This document shows positions 37,125-50,474 of a stretch of 64,000 nt of DNA, piece after piece (position 1 is the first letter of the stretch; the number at the start of each line of letters is the position of its first letter). The stretch is from NCBI GenBank assembly GCA_009103225.1, contig RHPI01000890.1, forward strand, positions 151,579 through 215,578, read 5' to 3'. The notes under the pieces were generated by a model that saw only the letters and a list, made by a program, of their open reading frames with translations, was not told where the DNA came from and ran no database searches. The translations under genes and the position numbers were made by a program. The DNA is from Chlorokybus atmophyticus. Lineage: Eukaryota; Plantae; Mesostigma and Chlorokybus algae.

Positions 37125-39230
37125 TCATTGCGCTCGTTTCAGCCTCGCCAATGCATCATCAACATAGGCCGTGTTGACCCGATCGCACAGGTTCAGCAGC
37201 CACGCGTGCTGCTGCCATATTTTGGAGCAGGGCTCCACGGATCCCGCGAGGGCGTTGAAGAGCGGGACGGGGGCGATGCTGGTGGGCGCGTACTTGTGCA
37301 CCAGCATGGTCATCGCCTGGTACCCAAAAAATACGAACAGCAGCCAGGTTCTCAGCGGGAACGCCGCGAAGGACATCTTCGCAGCAGCGTGGCCCTCCTC
37401 AACGCGCTCGGATGAGTATACAGGCAGGACTTGCTCGAAGTCGTCTGATAGCCAAGGAAGAGAAGTAAGCGTCACACCACTAAGCTAGCAGTACATAGAA
37501 CTAGCGTGTCATAATGATGACGACAATAGAGGTAGAAAAGTAACCTGATTAACTGTAAAACAATTGATCTAATCAATGGCAACCTTATTTGTCTCAGTGA
37601 CAGATCAGATTTTCTGTCATAGAGATAAACGGACGAGTGCCTCTGTAACTTGCAGTCAAGAGAGTCTTGAGTTAAAGAACGAGATAAACCTTGAACGTAC
37701 CTCCATTTCTGTCCATGAGCCGCACAAGAGCAGCAACGTCTTGCATGCCAGTGTTGCCACCCAGGCTGAGCGTTGACATCATGGCGTGCGCAGAGTCACC
37801 CACCAGCACGACGGATCCTTCCACATCATGGTAGCGGTTGCACCTAACCTGAGCATCGAAGAAGGGATCAATTGACAACAACATCACCAAGAGACAGGGT
37901 AGCAACCACTCACCTCCAATGTGGGTCTGAGGGGTTCGCGCAGGAATGCCTCCGCCTGCCGCAATGAGGGCTTCACCACAGGGAAGTGCTCGGCAAACCA
38001 TGCCTGGAGTTGTTTGGGCGTTATGTCGAGGAACTCAGTCGGCATCGACCAGTCCCGTACATACATCAACATGCATGCAGTCCCGTCCTGCTGCGGGAGC
38101 ACAGACAGGTTTACTGCCTCTGGCATGCCTGTAGGGGCCTTATGACTGCAAGACAGCACACACATTGAGTGAGCCGCATAGTGCATTGTTAGTGTAAACA
38201 CACATTGCAGTGTATACGCCAACAACAACAACGACGACGACACCTACTACACACATCTTGCTGGTGTAACGGAAGCTGTTCATGGCGTTCTGCTGCCCAG
38301 TGTAGCTGTCTGCGTCAAGCGGCATCGTTTTCCAGCCCGAGTAAGTATCGTTCACTTTACATTCAAACCCTGGCATGGTTTCCAGAGCCTCGCGCACTTT
38401 AGACCTCACGCCGTCCGCACCAACAAGCAGGTCATAATGCACCACCTGTCCTGAGCTCAAGGTCACTGTCTTGCTCGACAAACTTACTCCTGTGCACCTG
38501 TAAACAACATGCAATCAGTAAACACGACCAGATAATCTACAAAGGAGAATAGCATACTGTGTGACAACTGGCGGTGGCGTACTTGTGGTTGAAGTGAATG
38601 CTGAAGCTGCCGGCATGGCGTAACTCCAACTCTTGCAGTAATGCATTCGCTAGTGCGACTCGGTCAACTAGCATCACATTGTCATACCAGTTTGACTGCC
38701 GCTGCTTTCCTCCTGCGTCAACATGTGGGTTGGTGCCATTGTGCAGGCCACCAATCTTGTTGGGACAAACACCAGAGCGTGCATGCTCACCTGCTTGATG
38801 GGACACAATATGAGTTACAGGTACAGCATACTCCTTCACTTTCTGCCACAAGCCTTTGATGGGCTCCATTGCGTTCTGGGCACGTATGGACAACCCAATC
38901 CCATACCGAGCAATCTTCTCCTGCTCACACCAATGTACCATATGCTTTCCTGTGTCTAAGTAAAGATGCATGCTACAAAATCGGTGCATGCATGCCACGA
39001 TCAAACCAACTAGCGCATGTGTTGCATCTGCAGGCCAACGATGTGATAAGCAGCCAGCTTACCTCCTTTCCCATTGCACGCGGGTCTCCTCGCCCCTCGT
39101 ATATCTCAACCTCAAAGCGGTCAGGACGAAGGAGCAAGTGATGCGCCAGCAGCAAGCCTGTGGGGCCCGCGCCAACAATGACGACGCGCTTGCGCTGCGA
39201 CGCGGGTGTAAACCTCTGTGCCTCTGCCAT
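37125..39230 (-). CDS. FAD-dependent monooxygenase, kynurenine 3-monooxygenase-like; multi-exon
   Basis: Rossmann motif RVVIVGAGPTGLLLA..EIYE, YGIGLSIRAQNAM, YDLLVGADGVRSKVR, VVLVGDSAHAM..GGNTGMQD. TGA at 37125-37127. Substrate unknown. Confidence 0.85.
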
Positions 39231-42023
39231 GACTTCTGACGTAGGGAGCAATGCAGAAACCTAGCATTGCGCAAGGCGTAATGAGCTAACATGTACAGTT
39301 GGTGAAGTAAGTACCCATGGATACTTTTCACCACTTGCAAGATTGATAGCGATGTTCAAGACTCCCGCAATAATTGCTGTGACAAGCCGTAGCAATGCAG
39401 GCGTGCAGCAGAGGAGTCAACATGCATGCAACAACAGCAACACAAGCATGACGACCGCCGTCTACACTACTGATACGCCTGGGGCAAGTGCTCAACAGCT
39501 ACAACAAAACATAACGCTCTGTGCAAGCGAACTTTGCCATGGCTTGTGATTACCAATGCGTCAATGTCCTGAAGATAACACACAGTCGCAGTACCGCAGC
39601 TTAAACACCGTTGCTTATCGTGACAGGCCTAACGCCTCCGCCTTTGGCTGTCTAACCACGACGGGAGCTGCAGCGAGAAGACGTGCAAAGTGATAGCGGC
39701 TGTCCAGCACTACAGCTGGCTCCCACGTGCGCTTGTGCTTGCGCCGACTGCTGCTCTCGCTGGCTTGCTTGCTGGCGCTGAAAGCCCAGCGAGAAGCAGA
39801 GCGCCTGTTGCCAGAGCAGTTCAAGTTCAGGAGAAGCGTCAGCAAGCAAGAGATCAACAAGAGCGTCGCTGCATGCTGGCAGCCAGTGACTTTACACTTC
39901 CCCACACGCTGCGCAACGACAACCATGCAGCTTGTCAACTAGCCAGGCAGCTAGCCTCGGCCAGTGCTTCACCCTGGACCTTTTCGTCACTACACTAACG
40001 CAGTCAAGCAAGTAAGCAAGCAAGTCCTCAGGTCGTTGCTTACTCGCTAGGCTAGCCAGCAGCTCCGGAAAATCCCAAAACCAAGCGCACCAGGCGTGGT
40101 CCGCGTGGAGGCAGAGGCGGAGGCGGAGGCGGAGACGGAGCACAAATGAGACCATTTTCACCATTTCAGCAATTCACCATTGTTGCACGTTCACAGACAA
40201 CGCGGTGTGTCACTGAAGGACACAGCAGACAATCACAACGATGATTAACGGCTTCGCAGGCTCCCACGTAGGGACCTGCATCCTGGCCGTCGGTTAATTA
40301 TGTTGCCAGAGGCAGACGCCAGGGCTTGTCGGCTGGAAGGTGATTCCTGCCAGCAGTTCGTGAGCAGCAGAATTTGATACTGCTTATGATTAGTAAACGC
40401 ACTGGCACTGGCACCAGAACTAGCCTATGCCATATGTGGTACTAGCGCTGGCGCTGGCACCAGAGCTACCAAGACGACAGGCTGCCACGTCCCATACACT
40501 TCCTGCTAAAAGCTGCTTTCGGCAGCTGAGGCGGAATCTTGCTGCTTGCAAAGCCTCAGCTGCCGAAAGTTTTGGCCTGGAACCGAGTCATAGCCTATGA
40601 CTATCGCTTTGCCAGTTGCAACGGTCAGACGGTCATGAACAATAGTGAATCGACTTGACGATTGATTTGGTCGGGATTCTGTTTGTAACAATGCTGCGGC
40701 CAATGTCCCAAACACAGTATCCGAACCGGAGCCGTGGGGTCGGACTGACTGTTATGTTCGTAGTACGGACACAGAAGCGGAGGAGCAAAACATGCCACGG
40801 CTCGGCCCGTGTCAGAGCGAGACAAGTTGTCCCACTGCATCACGCCTCGCCACTGGCAAGCCGCATTTGGCGACTGGTGGGTATACAACGGTCAGCGTTA
40901 AAGCCTTCAGTGCTAATGCATGGACTTGGTCTGAACTTGAAGGCGCTTTTGGCTCACGACATGGTTGAATGTGACACGTACGAACGCGGATGAAATAAGT
41001 CAACACAGCACCACAAATTCAGGAATTACTCCAAACATGAGAGTTTTGCGCAAGAGCACAATTGAAGATACATGTTCGCATTGAACACAATGGCACACAT
41101 TATACAATCATGAGCATACATACACATACCCCTCTCGCCTGCTTGCTTGCACCCACTGCCGCATTTGCACGCACGAAAGCACATACCTTCAATTTGGTGG
41201 GCAAGCTGGGTTGTGAGTTTAATGACTACACCCCCCGGCCAAATTTGTAAGTGTTACCTCGTTTGATGTACACGGCCTATTGCATTGTGTATATTATTTT
41301 ATGATCTTTTGCAACATCCCTCGTAACGTATATATGTATGGCATACAATATGGACGCATTAACGTACCATATTTCATGATCACACACAACATGTAATGCA
41401 TGTACATATAATACGCGTCATGTCAATGACTGAACACACGCACGCATGACACACAATATTAACACTGGGCTGGCAAATGTACTCTTTTGAGTACTTGTAT
41501 TATATTGAGTGTCGAGAACGGACTTTTGGGACTATGAGATTGTGCAAAAGGTTTTTACGCTTCGTGCAACATGTACATGCCGTACTGTATTAAAAGCAAA
41601 AAATGAAGGGCTGCATTTGTGCTTCCATTTATTGGGAAACAATGTAGTATTTTCGGTAAAGTCATGCCACTTGTAACAGTCAAGGCCAAATTTCGTGATT
41701 GTCATGGCCATTTTAGGGCGTATTTGTGAGGTATCAAGTTTTTCATTTCTTGCGGCGGATATCGGCGAGTTGCGAGTCTGCCACAGATATCGACCGGCCC
41801 TAGGGCCAGTCTGGAAGACGCCAGAAAATGGAGGGCCAGTCGAGAAGGGCTCGACCAGAGTTTCTGGAAGGGCCTGGCGCCAAGTAGTATAAGTTGACCA
41901 TATGAGCAGCAAATGAGGAGATCTTTGGTGCGTCGGAAAGGTCTAGACGTGTACTACGATATTCTGCAAGAATACCTCAGCTTCTAGTTCCGTCTAACGC
42001 TGGAATTGTCTATACAGTAGCAT

Positions 42024-45000
42024 GTGCAGACTGATAGGTATAAAAGTGACATTCTACAATTTGCAATACAACCTTTAGCTCCCTATGTTTCTTGTGTGCA
42101 AGCTTGGTGGTGGTTAGAAGGGGTTGCTAGCGAGTGTCCACTGGTGTGTGCTTGCTTGTGTGACGTTCCAAGGCGCTACACAAGTCGGTGTGTAGCTTTG
42201 AGCGCATGCGCGTGCATACGCGAGTGGCGGGGCGTGCGTGTGTGCTTGGCAGAGGGGGCAAGGTTCCGGTGTGAATACTGTGCCTTGGTGAGAGGGTTGT
42301 TGATTGGACCAACTCACAGGTGGCAAGGCACGACCACCGTCACAACTGGTATTGGTTTACAAAGGGAGAGCGGAAGTGTGTCGGCGTTTACACTTTTCAT
42401 TCGGAAGCGGAGTGTAGTGTGTTAGTGGAGATGGAGGATGCTCGCATGGAAGAGCTTCAAGCTGCCATCTTAGCATTGAGGGAAGAGCTTCATCACACTC
42501 AAGCGGCGGCACAAGCACAACGCGAGGCGTATGAGCATGCGATGGCGCGTGTACAAGTTCCCATGGCATCAAGCTCGCGCGTGCATGTGAAGGTGCCAAA
42601 GCCCAAGCCATTCAAGGGTCAACGTGATGGAGATGCAGTGGATGAATGGATTTTTCAAGTATCGTCTTGGTTGAAGCTCACGAAGGTGCCCACGCGTCTG
42701 CACGTGGAGGTTGCAGCGACTGTGCTTGAAGGTGCAGCACTTGTGTGGTGGAGGCATCGATGTACGCGTATTGCAAACAGGCGCTACCATTGACCACCAT
42801 GGAACAGTTGGCACTGGAGGTCAGGCATCAATTTGTTCCCGTTGAGAGCGTGAAGGCCGCACGCGACAAACTTGCAGCCCTTGTGCAAATGGGGTCGGTG
42901 ATGGCGTACACGGCCGCGTTTCAGCGATTGGTGATGTCCATACCCAATATGACCGAGGAGGAGCAGTTGGACAGGTATACACGTGGGTTAAAACCTTTGG
43001 GGCGTAAAGAAGTGGAGCTACGGGACCCGAAGACACTCGCGGAGGCTATACGCATCGCGGAGCGTCTCGACGCGTTGTACTTCAAGTCCACCACAAGAAG
43101 CACTGACTGGAGGCAAAAGCTTGGTGATCAGCCCCGGGGAGGCTTTCAACATGCATGGAGACGAGGAGAACCAAGTTTAGCGCTTGCTAATGGAGGTGGA
43201 GCTGACTCTGGGCTTGCACCAATGGAGGTGGGTGCCATACACACGCATGAAAGTGAGCCGAAGCACGGCGGACGTGGTGAAAGAGGTAAAGATGTGCTAA
43301 AGTGTTATGCGTGTGGGTCGATTGAGCATTTGGCGTACGGATGCCCCAAACGAAGCACGCAAAGGCCAACACCGGATGGCAACCCTCGCCGTGATCGTCG
43401 CGTCAACACCATGGAGCAAAATGGCGTGGAGCAGGAAAACGACTTCCCCCAGTAGGTGAGGAGGCTACTGCTGGGGATAGGAAGGAGCCTCATGCACGGA
43501 CGGATGCTGTGACATTTCCATCAAGGAAGCAAGAGGAGATGGCTATGAACGCGCCAACGGTGGTCAGTTATGCAAAAGAGGAGACAACAAAGTACTTTGG
43601 GCTTCGAGCACACATTTGCGATGACCAAGGACGATGGAGAGAGTGTAAGCTCATGATTGATAGCGGTGCCAACAGCAACTTCATGAGTATTGATATCGCG
43701 CGGCGTTACGGTTGGCTTTCGTCATTACGAGGAGGTGAAGTGAAGCTCGCTGATGGAGAGCCACCCTCTGGAGGTGATGGCGCTGCGTTTATGACCAAAG
43801 AGTTGTGCGTTCGCATTGGGAAGATAAAGGAGAACATGCGATTTTGCTGCATCACCCTACGGAACGGGTTTGACGGGATATTAGGACTACCGTGGCTATG
43901 GCAACATAATCCATCCATCAATTGGAGGAAGCGCGCGCTCACCATCGAACGAAATGGTGGAGAATCCATTTAAGCTGCGTCGGACGTCATCGAGGCACGC
44001 ACAATCAGGTGGTACGACAATTGCCCAGATCTGTTATGTGCAATTGAGGAAGTTATTGTCTCCACGGAAGGCAAATGCTGCATGGTTGTGCGTGGTGCGC
44101 GAAAACACTGCAACGTTAGCACCAGAGCTGAGTGACGATGTTAAGACGGCTACGATGGACCCCAAGGTGTGTAAACTTGTTAAAGAATACCAAGATATCA
44201 TGGTGGACGGACTTCCATCTGGTCTACCACCTCCACGGAGCGTAGACCACCGTGTGGAGCTGATTGAGGGCGTGCATGAGCCACCGTATCGACCCGTTTA
44301 CAAGTTGTCACCTTTGGAGCTGGAAGAGGCCGAGAGGCAGGTGGCGGACTTGCTGAAAAGAGGCTACATCAGGCCTAGTAAGTCCCCCTATGGTGCACCT
44401 ATTTTGTTTGTACGAAAGAAGAACGGGAGCTTGCGCATGTGTGTCGACTACCGAGCTCTTAACAACATCACGAAGAGGAATTACTTTCCACTCCCACGTA
44501 TCGACGAGTTGCTGGAGCAATTGCAAGGTGCGCAGTACTTTACAACACTTGATCTTGCTGGAGGTTATCACCAAATCCGCATCACGCCCGAGGATGTGGA
44601 GAAAACAGCTTTTAACACACGTTATGGGCACTACGAGTGGTTGGTCATGTCCTTCGGACTTACGAACGCACCGGCAACATTTCAAACGCTTATGAACAGC
44701 GTTTTGCTGACTTGATTGGTAAGGGAATCCTCGTGTACCTCGACGACATTTTGGTGTACGCGAAAACAAAGGAAGAGCACGTGGCACTTCTACGGCGCGT
44801 GTTGCAGCAATTGCGCAAACACAAGTTGTACGCCCAGCTATAAAAGTGCAAATTCTTGCTTCGAGAGGTGGAGTACCTAGGCCACATCGTGTCGCATGAA
44901 GGCATCAAGCCGGACCCCAACAAAGTGCAGGTGGTGCGCGAGTGGGCTTCCCCAACCAACGTAAAGGAGGTGATGTCCTTTTTAGGCCTTGCGGGGTATT

Positions 45001-46934
45001 ATCGCAAGTTTATCATGGGGTTTTCGCGCATAGCTCCCTTGACTGCCCTACTCAAGAAGGGAAAGCCTTGGAGCTGGTCAGCAACAGAAGAACATGCATT
45101 GGCTGCGTTGAAGAAGGCGCTGACGGAGGCACCAGTCCTGGCTCACCCTGACATGGAAAAGACATTTTTTTTGGCTTGCGACGCGTCCGACACAGCCGTA
45201 GGAGCTATTTTACAGCAAGACCATGGCAACGACCTTCAACCAATAGCATTCTTCAGCAAGAAAATGAGTGGTGCGGAGCTGAATTACCCCGTGCACGAGA
45301 AGGAACTTTTAGCGCAAGTCATGGCGCTACGACAATGGCGTTGTTTTTTGGGAGGCAAAAAGTTCTTGCTTGAGACGAATCATTCTCTACTGATGTACTT
45401 ACAAACACAACCTCACCTAAGTCGCAGACAAGCACGATGGCTGGAGTTCATTCAACCTTTTGACTTCGATACAAGTACAAGCCCGGTACGTCAAATGGTG
45501 TTGCTGACGCGCTGAGCCGGCTTAATGCAATTGAGGCAATCGCTCAAGTGCAGCCCGAGTGGACCGACCAGATTCGGCAAGTGCTTCGTGAAGACACGGA
45601 GGGTATGAAAGTGTTGCAAGAGCTGGAACGTGCAGCTAAGGACACAATTGGGCATTGGTCAATGCGCGACGGGCTGCTATGGCACCACGGGCGCTTGTAC
45701 ATCCCCAACGTCGCGCATATCCGTGTGAAGTTGCTGAAGGAAGCTCATGATGTGCCCATTGCTGGTCACCAAGGGTTAGAGAGTACTTTGGCAAGCTTGA
45801 AGCATCGTTTTTACTAGCGAGAGATGCATTGCGATGTGCGCGACTACGTGGCGTTGTGCAACGCATGCCAAAGGGTGAAGGCAAGCAACAAAAAGCTAGG
45901 TGGGTTGCTGCAACCTCTCCCTGTGCCATTGTCCAAGTGGGAGCAAGTTACCATGAACTTTATCATGGGGCTACCCAAGACAAAAAAAGGGTACGACGCT
46001 ATACTTGTGTTCGTCAACAAAACCAGCAAAATGGTACGCTTGGCACCGTGTGGTGAGTCTTGCACGGCACCGGAGGCAGCACGCTTGTTCGTGAAGCATG
46101 TGTTTCGTTCTCATGGATTACCACAAAGCATTGTGAGTGATCGTGACCCGCGCTTTACAGTTGTAAGTTTTGGATGGCGCTGCATAGTGCACTGGGTACC
46201 ACACTGAAGTTTACTACGGCATTCCACCCGCAAACGGAACGGGCCAACCGTGTGATCGAGGACATGCTGCGTTGCTACGTTAACGCGCGACAAGACAATT
46301 GGGCGGAGGTGCTTGAGTTGGTGGAGTTTGCGATCAACGACCACCACAATGCAAGCACATGTGTCACTCCCTTCCTTATGAACTACGGGCAACATCCATT
46401 GACACCGTTGACGGCATGGACACCGCAACGACATGACGTGCGTGTGGACGCAACCAATGACTTCCTTACAAAGTGCGCGGACATTAATAAGGCAGCTAGG
46501 GAGGCGCTATTGGTGGCACAAAACAGGCACAAGCAGTACGCGGACGCGCATCGCCGACACCTCACATTTCAGGAAGGCGACATAATGTTACTCTCCGCAA
46601 AGCATGTACAGGTGCGTACGGGAGTTCGCAAGCTGAATAAATGCTGGTTGGGACCATTTAAGGTCAGCAAAGTTATTTCGGACGTGGCGTACAAGCTGAA
46701 GCTACCCGACACCATGCGTGTGCATCCCGTTTTTCACGTCTCCCTTTTAACGGCATATCGAGGACAACCGCCAAAAAGGCCGCCCCTCGAAGTTGGCACG
46801 GATGGTGAACCAGAGTGGGAGGTAGAACACATCCTTGGTGAGAAGTTTGTGCATGGCGTGCGCAAGTTTTTAATGCAATGACAGAGTTGTTGATTGGACC
46901 AACTCACAGGTGGCAAGGCACAAATACCGTCACA
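42024..46934 (+). mobile_element. Decayed Ty3/gypsy LTR retrotransposon of chromovirus type; left boundary unresolved, 3' LTR mostly deleted
   Basis: gag (PKPKPFKG.., YTRGLKP, CYACGSIEHLAYGC), protease (LMIDSGANSNF), RT ([19 protein letters not shown]), RNase H (ACDASD, ELNYPVHEKELLA), integrase (HDVPIAGHQG..CNACQ, IVSDRDPRF) and truncated chromodomain (EWEVEHILGEK). The LTR 3' end at 42296-42344 recurs at 46886-46934. Several stops and frameshifts. Confidence 0.93.
43434..43491 (+). promoter_or_regulatory. Putative -1 programmed ribosomal frameshift signal (G_GAA_AAC plus H-type pseudoknot) at the gag-pol junction
   Basis: Heptamer 43434-43440, then a 6-nt spacer. Stem 1 pairs CCCCAGTAG (43447-43455) with CTGCTGGGG (43468-43476); stem 2 pairs GAGGCT (43461-43466) with AGCCTC (43486-43491). 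gag stops at 43455 and the -1 frame is open into the protease ORF. Confidence 0.72.
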
Positions 46935-49816
46935 CCATTACTGTTAGCGCGGCATGATCCATTGTCGCAACACGGTGCAATAACTAGCACATGTCAATTC
47001 AAGCGTATAAGAGGCAAGTGGCCGTGCAATGGCATTACTGACCAACACATTGGTAATGTATTGGTTGGTGCCGTGGGTAATTCAATTATCGACGTTGAAT
47101 ACGCAATGTGCTATGATGATTGCACATTGCGAAGGCCTGGGCTGTGTACCCACCGACACATAACTGTTTATTTATTAATGATCTCGTATGCCACGCAGCC
47201 TTTTATACATCTGCACATCATAAGGAATGCTCTCCTAAAGGCCCACGGTGTGGTTTTTGAAGACTTTTACAGACATTTATCATAGCATGGTACCCAAAGT
47301 TCACTGCATTAACTTATCATAAGTTATGTATTTAGCGAATACATGTTTAAATATAGTTACCGGCTAGCCTAGTGTTAAGTAGTTTGCAAATTTGTCTATT
47401 GCAAACTCTGATCTCTTTACAAGATACTTCACGCTGTAGCCATTATAACCGCATGTTGGATCACTGCAAATGCTGCTCCCAAAGTGTCCCCCCGAGCCTC
47501 GATTCTAAGAATGTGTACTCAACATGCCTTCCGGCTCCAAGCATTACTGCCGGTGTGCTAGCGGTGATGATGCTTGCAAGCAAGTTGAGCCTCAATTGCA
47601 AGGCTTGCAGTTGAGGCTCTACTTTGCGTGCATGCACAAGTGTGGACATGGTATGTACCCTTACATGTAATGTCTCAAGCCATAGTACGGCCACGGTGGT
47701 CATTATCAACATGGAGTATTTGGTTTTCTATATGAATAAACTATTCAATTGCATATGTCGTAAGTAGAGCTTGCGAATGAGGCGCTTTGCAACGGTTTCA
47801 CTCATCCAATTAGACGATCCATACTACAGATCTTTCAACTTTGTAAAGCGCGACAGTAGTAGTACATATAGATGTGTATGGGTGCGTGATCTTGCGTGTG
47901 TGTTGAACGTAGAGCAGGACGAGGTTGCTTTAGCGTACGTGTAAAAAGGTTTATGTGTTTTTGATGCCACTTATTAGCTGTATAGCACAGCGAGTAACAA
48001 GCTTGTGCACACATGTTATCGAATTAGTTATTAACACATTTAACTCATCTGGCCGTTAGGACTTGATCATGAGCACCCCTGCGCAAACCCCTGCACGCGA
48101 TGATGCACAAAAGCCGCTTCTAAAGCGGTGGCACCATTGACACAAGCATATGTTCAAGTGCAGGCTGAGGTTAGCTCAGTACCATTGAATATGTCAATAT
48201 ACGCTTATAAGGTAAAGTTATTGCAAAACCTTGATATATAACTTTTTAAAAACTTTTATATAATTTAATTGTATTCTACTCGATTGTACACGTGCATAAG
48301 ATACTTAATGAAAAACCTACAAAAACTTTACATTTATATCTAGATAGACACAATAACCGTAAAGTCGATGCCTATGTCAAGATAGGGTGTGATACATCGA
48401 TGTCACACCAGTGCATACAATACATCCTAAAGCGGGTATTAACAACAAATAAAGCCATCTCTCGGCGCTTGCGCGGGCAGTGTGGCGTCATTGTATCACA
48501 TTATACACGTTGTTAATAAAGTCTCTTAACAACATGTACATTGTAGGTGGGAGGTTTTAAAAACAAAAGCGTCGCGTTGAAGTTGACAAATTGACAATCT
48601 TCTTAAGGCTCAAATGATATGTCCTTTGTTATGCACGTTATCATGCACATTCATCCACGTGTGTAGCACATAAAGAGTAAAACTCCTTTATGTTGAGCCT
48701 CGGTGTGGCATGCGTTCTGGATTTTAGCGTAAATGTTTATTTTGTGATCGTACCATTCGTGCATTGATGCTGTGCAGCGCTGCTTTTCACCAAAGCACGT
48801 GGTTTGTGGTATTGACTCTTTAACTTACTCATAATTGGAGAGAGGGACATCGTCGCATGTCGCACTTGGTTGCAATAATGCATGGATGATTACGATTGTG
48901 TTTGCAGGTATGCATTATGATTATAATGATCTTTACTAGTTGAATTGAACTTGCATTGACACAATACGATTCACTGCTTATGGTTGTTGACACTTTGTAG
49001 ATATCATGTTGATATTAATACCAGTTAACATTTCAAGTATTAATAAATAACTATTATGAAAATTGTGTCGTAACACCGATGCCTCTATGTCCACAGCTTT
49101 CACTTATAACACGTGCCTTCAGCCTGGCAGCATGAGGTATGATCATGATATTTGTTCAACGCACGTTGCATAACTGCAAGAGCTAACATACATAATCTGG
49201 TTACATGTGTTTATAAACGCGTTATGACGCGCAACTGCCGCATTGCGTCGCAAACGCGCACGGCTAAACAAATGCCATCTCGTGCGCCGGTGCTGAGGCG
49301 ATGAAAAGTGCTTTCAGCTTTGCCTCGTACTTGGTAACTGCATTTTCAGCGACGACACCACTCGGGCTATTGGCAATTACTTCAACACTAGAATGGTAAC
49401 TGTACTATTAACGCATTAACGCACTGCGGCGTATCGAGAATGCAATTTTTATGTATGGTATCCAATCAGTCAATTACTCCACAGCAATTTACGGATATTA
49501 CATTTCACAAGAACTCACCGTCCTTTCCTTCCATTAATCTGCTCATTCACCTCGGTTTCGTTAACCATCTTTAGTAATAATATTTCAAACAACTTATATA
49601 ACCTATTATGACAAGGGTAGGTTTTGAACAACAAGATCAATCACGTGCAGATTGAGTGACTCACTGAATTTAACAAACTTTGGCAAAGTTCTTGAATTCA
49701 ATGCTTAAACAATAAATGAAGCGGTCTTGCATATTGTCATGCCTGCTATGGTCGAGGGTAACGCCGTCTCGGGCACACTGCAGCCAAGCGCAATTTTGTC
49801 ATGCCACCGTCCACAG

Positions 49817-50248
49817 TGTGCTTCCGGTTCAAGTCGCTTCACAAGCTCTTAAAGTCAAAGTCTCTATTCTTAGTACTCACTCACAGTGTCATCAGCGAGT
49901 CTAGTGACATGACTTCCTACTTATACATGTTAAATCATGACTGTGCAGTGCCACGCGGGCAGTAGGCCAACGGTCACATCAAAGCCGCATGCTACTACAG
50001 AAATGTCCTAAGACTTTATATAGCACATGAGCTGATAATAAATTCCTAACTGATCAGCTACGCGCGGTTCCTCACACAAAGAGGCCTATAGGGTAATCTT
50101 AGCTACATGCTACATGGGGTACGAAGTAGCTAGCAGTAGAGTACTACACGAGTACTACCACGAGGTCTTCATGCTGATAGCCCAGGCTTGAGATCGGATG
50201 TAGGTATGCATCGAGGAGGACTGGCATGCGAGGGTATTTGGCATGACA
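49817..50248 (-). repeat. 3' LTR of the DNMT-bearing Ty3/gypsy element
   Basis: Aligns by eye along its length with 61178-61580, with many substitutions and an extra segment of about 25 bp near 50138-50164. Confidence 0.85.
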
Positions 50249-50339
50249 CCTGTCAACAAGCCACACCCCCTAAAGTTCTGGGGTAGCCTACTGCTCCAGA
50301 ACTCAGCTTTTACCAACTGGATGGGGGACCGTTGCTGCG

Positions 50340-50474
50340 GCAGTTATCGCATCAATACTCCCACAGCGGCACCTTGCCTAATCAAGGGTCAAGGCAATAA
50401 CAGTGCATGCCTTGGTTGCAGCCTTCGTATAACAGCATTACTGGGTCGTTGTCGGCGCTGCCACATTTCTCGCA
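50340..50474 (-). pseudogene. Degenerate PHD finger (C4HC3) at the integrase C-terminus
   Basis: CEKCGSADNDPVMLL(Y)EGCNQGMHCYCLDP*LGKVPLWEY*CDNC: PHD spacing with the third Cys changed to Tyr and two in-frame stops. Confidence 0.8.

Noticed and set aside
39615-41000. Short Cys-containing and other ORFs near 39.6-41.0 kb
   Set aside because: No recognisable motifs, splice structure or coding consistency; may be decayed sequence.
46935-49800. AT-rich interval between the two gypsy elements as a hidden viral or Helitron insert
   Set aside because: Only short ORFs; no replicase, helicase, capsid or terminal motifs were recognised.
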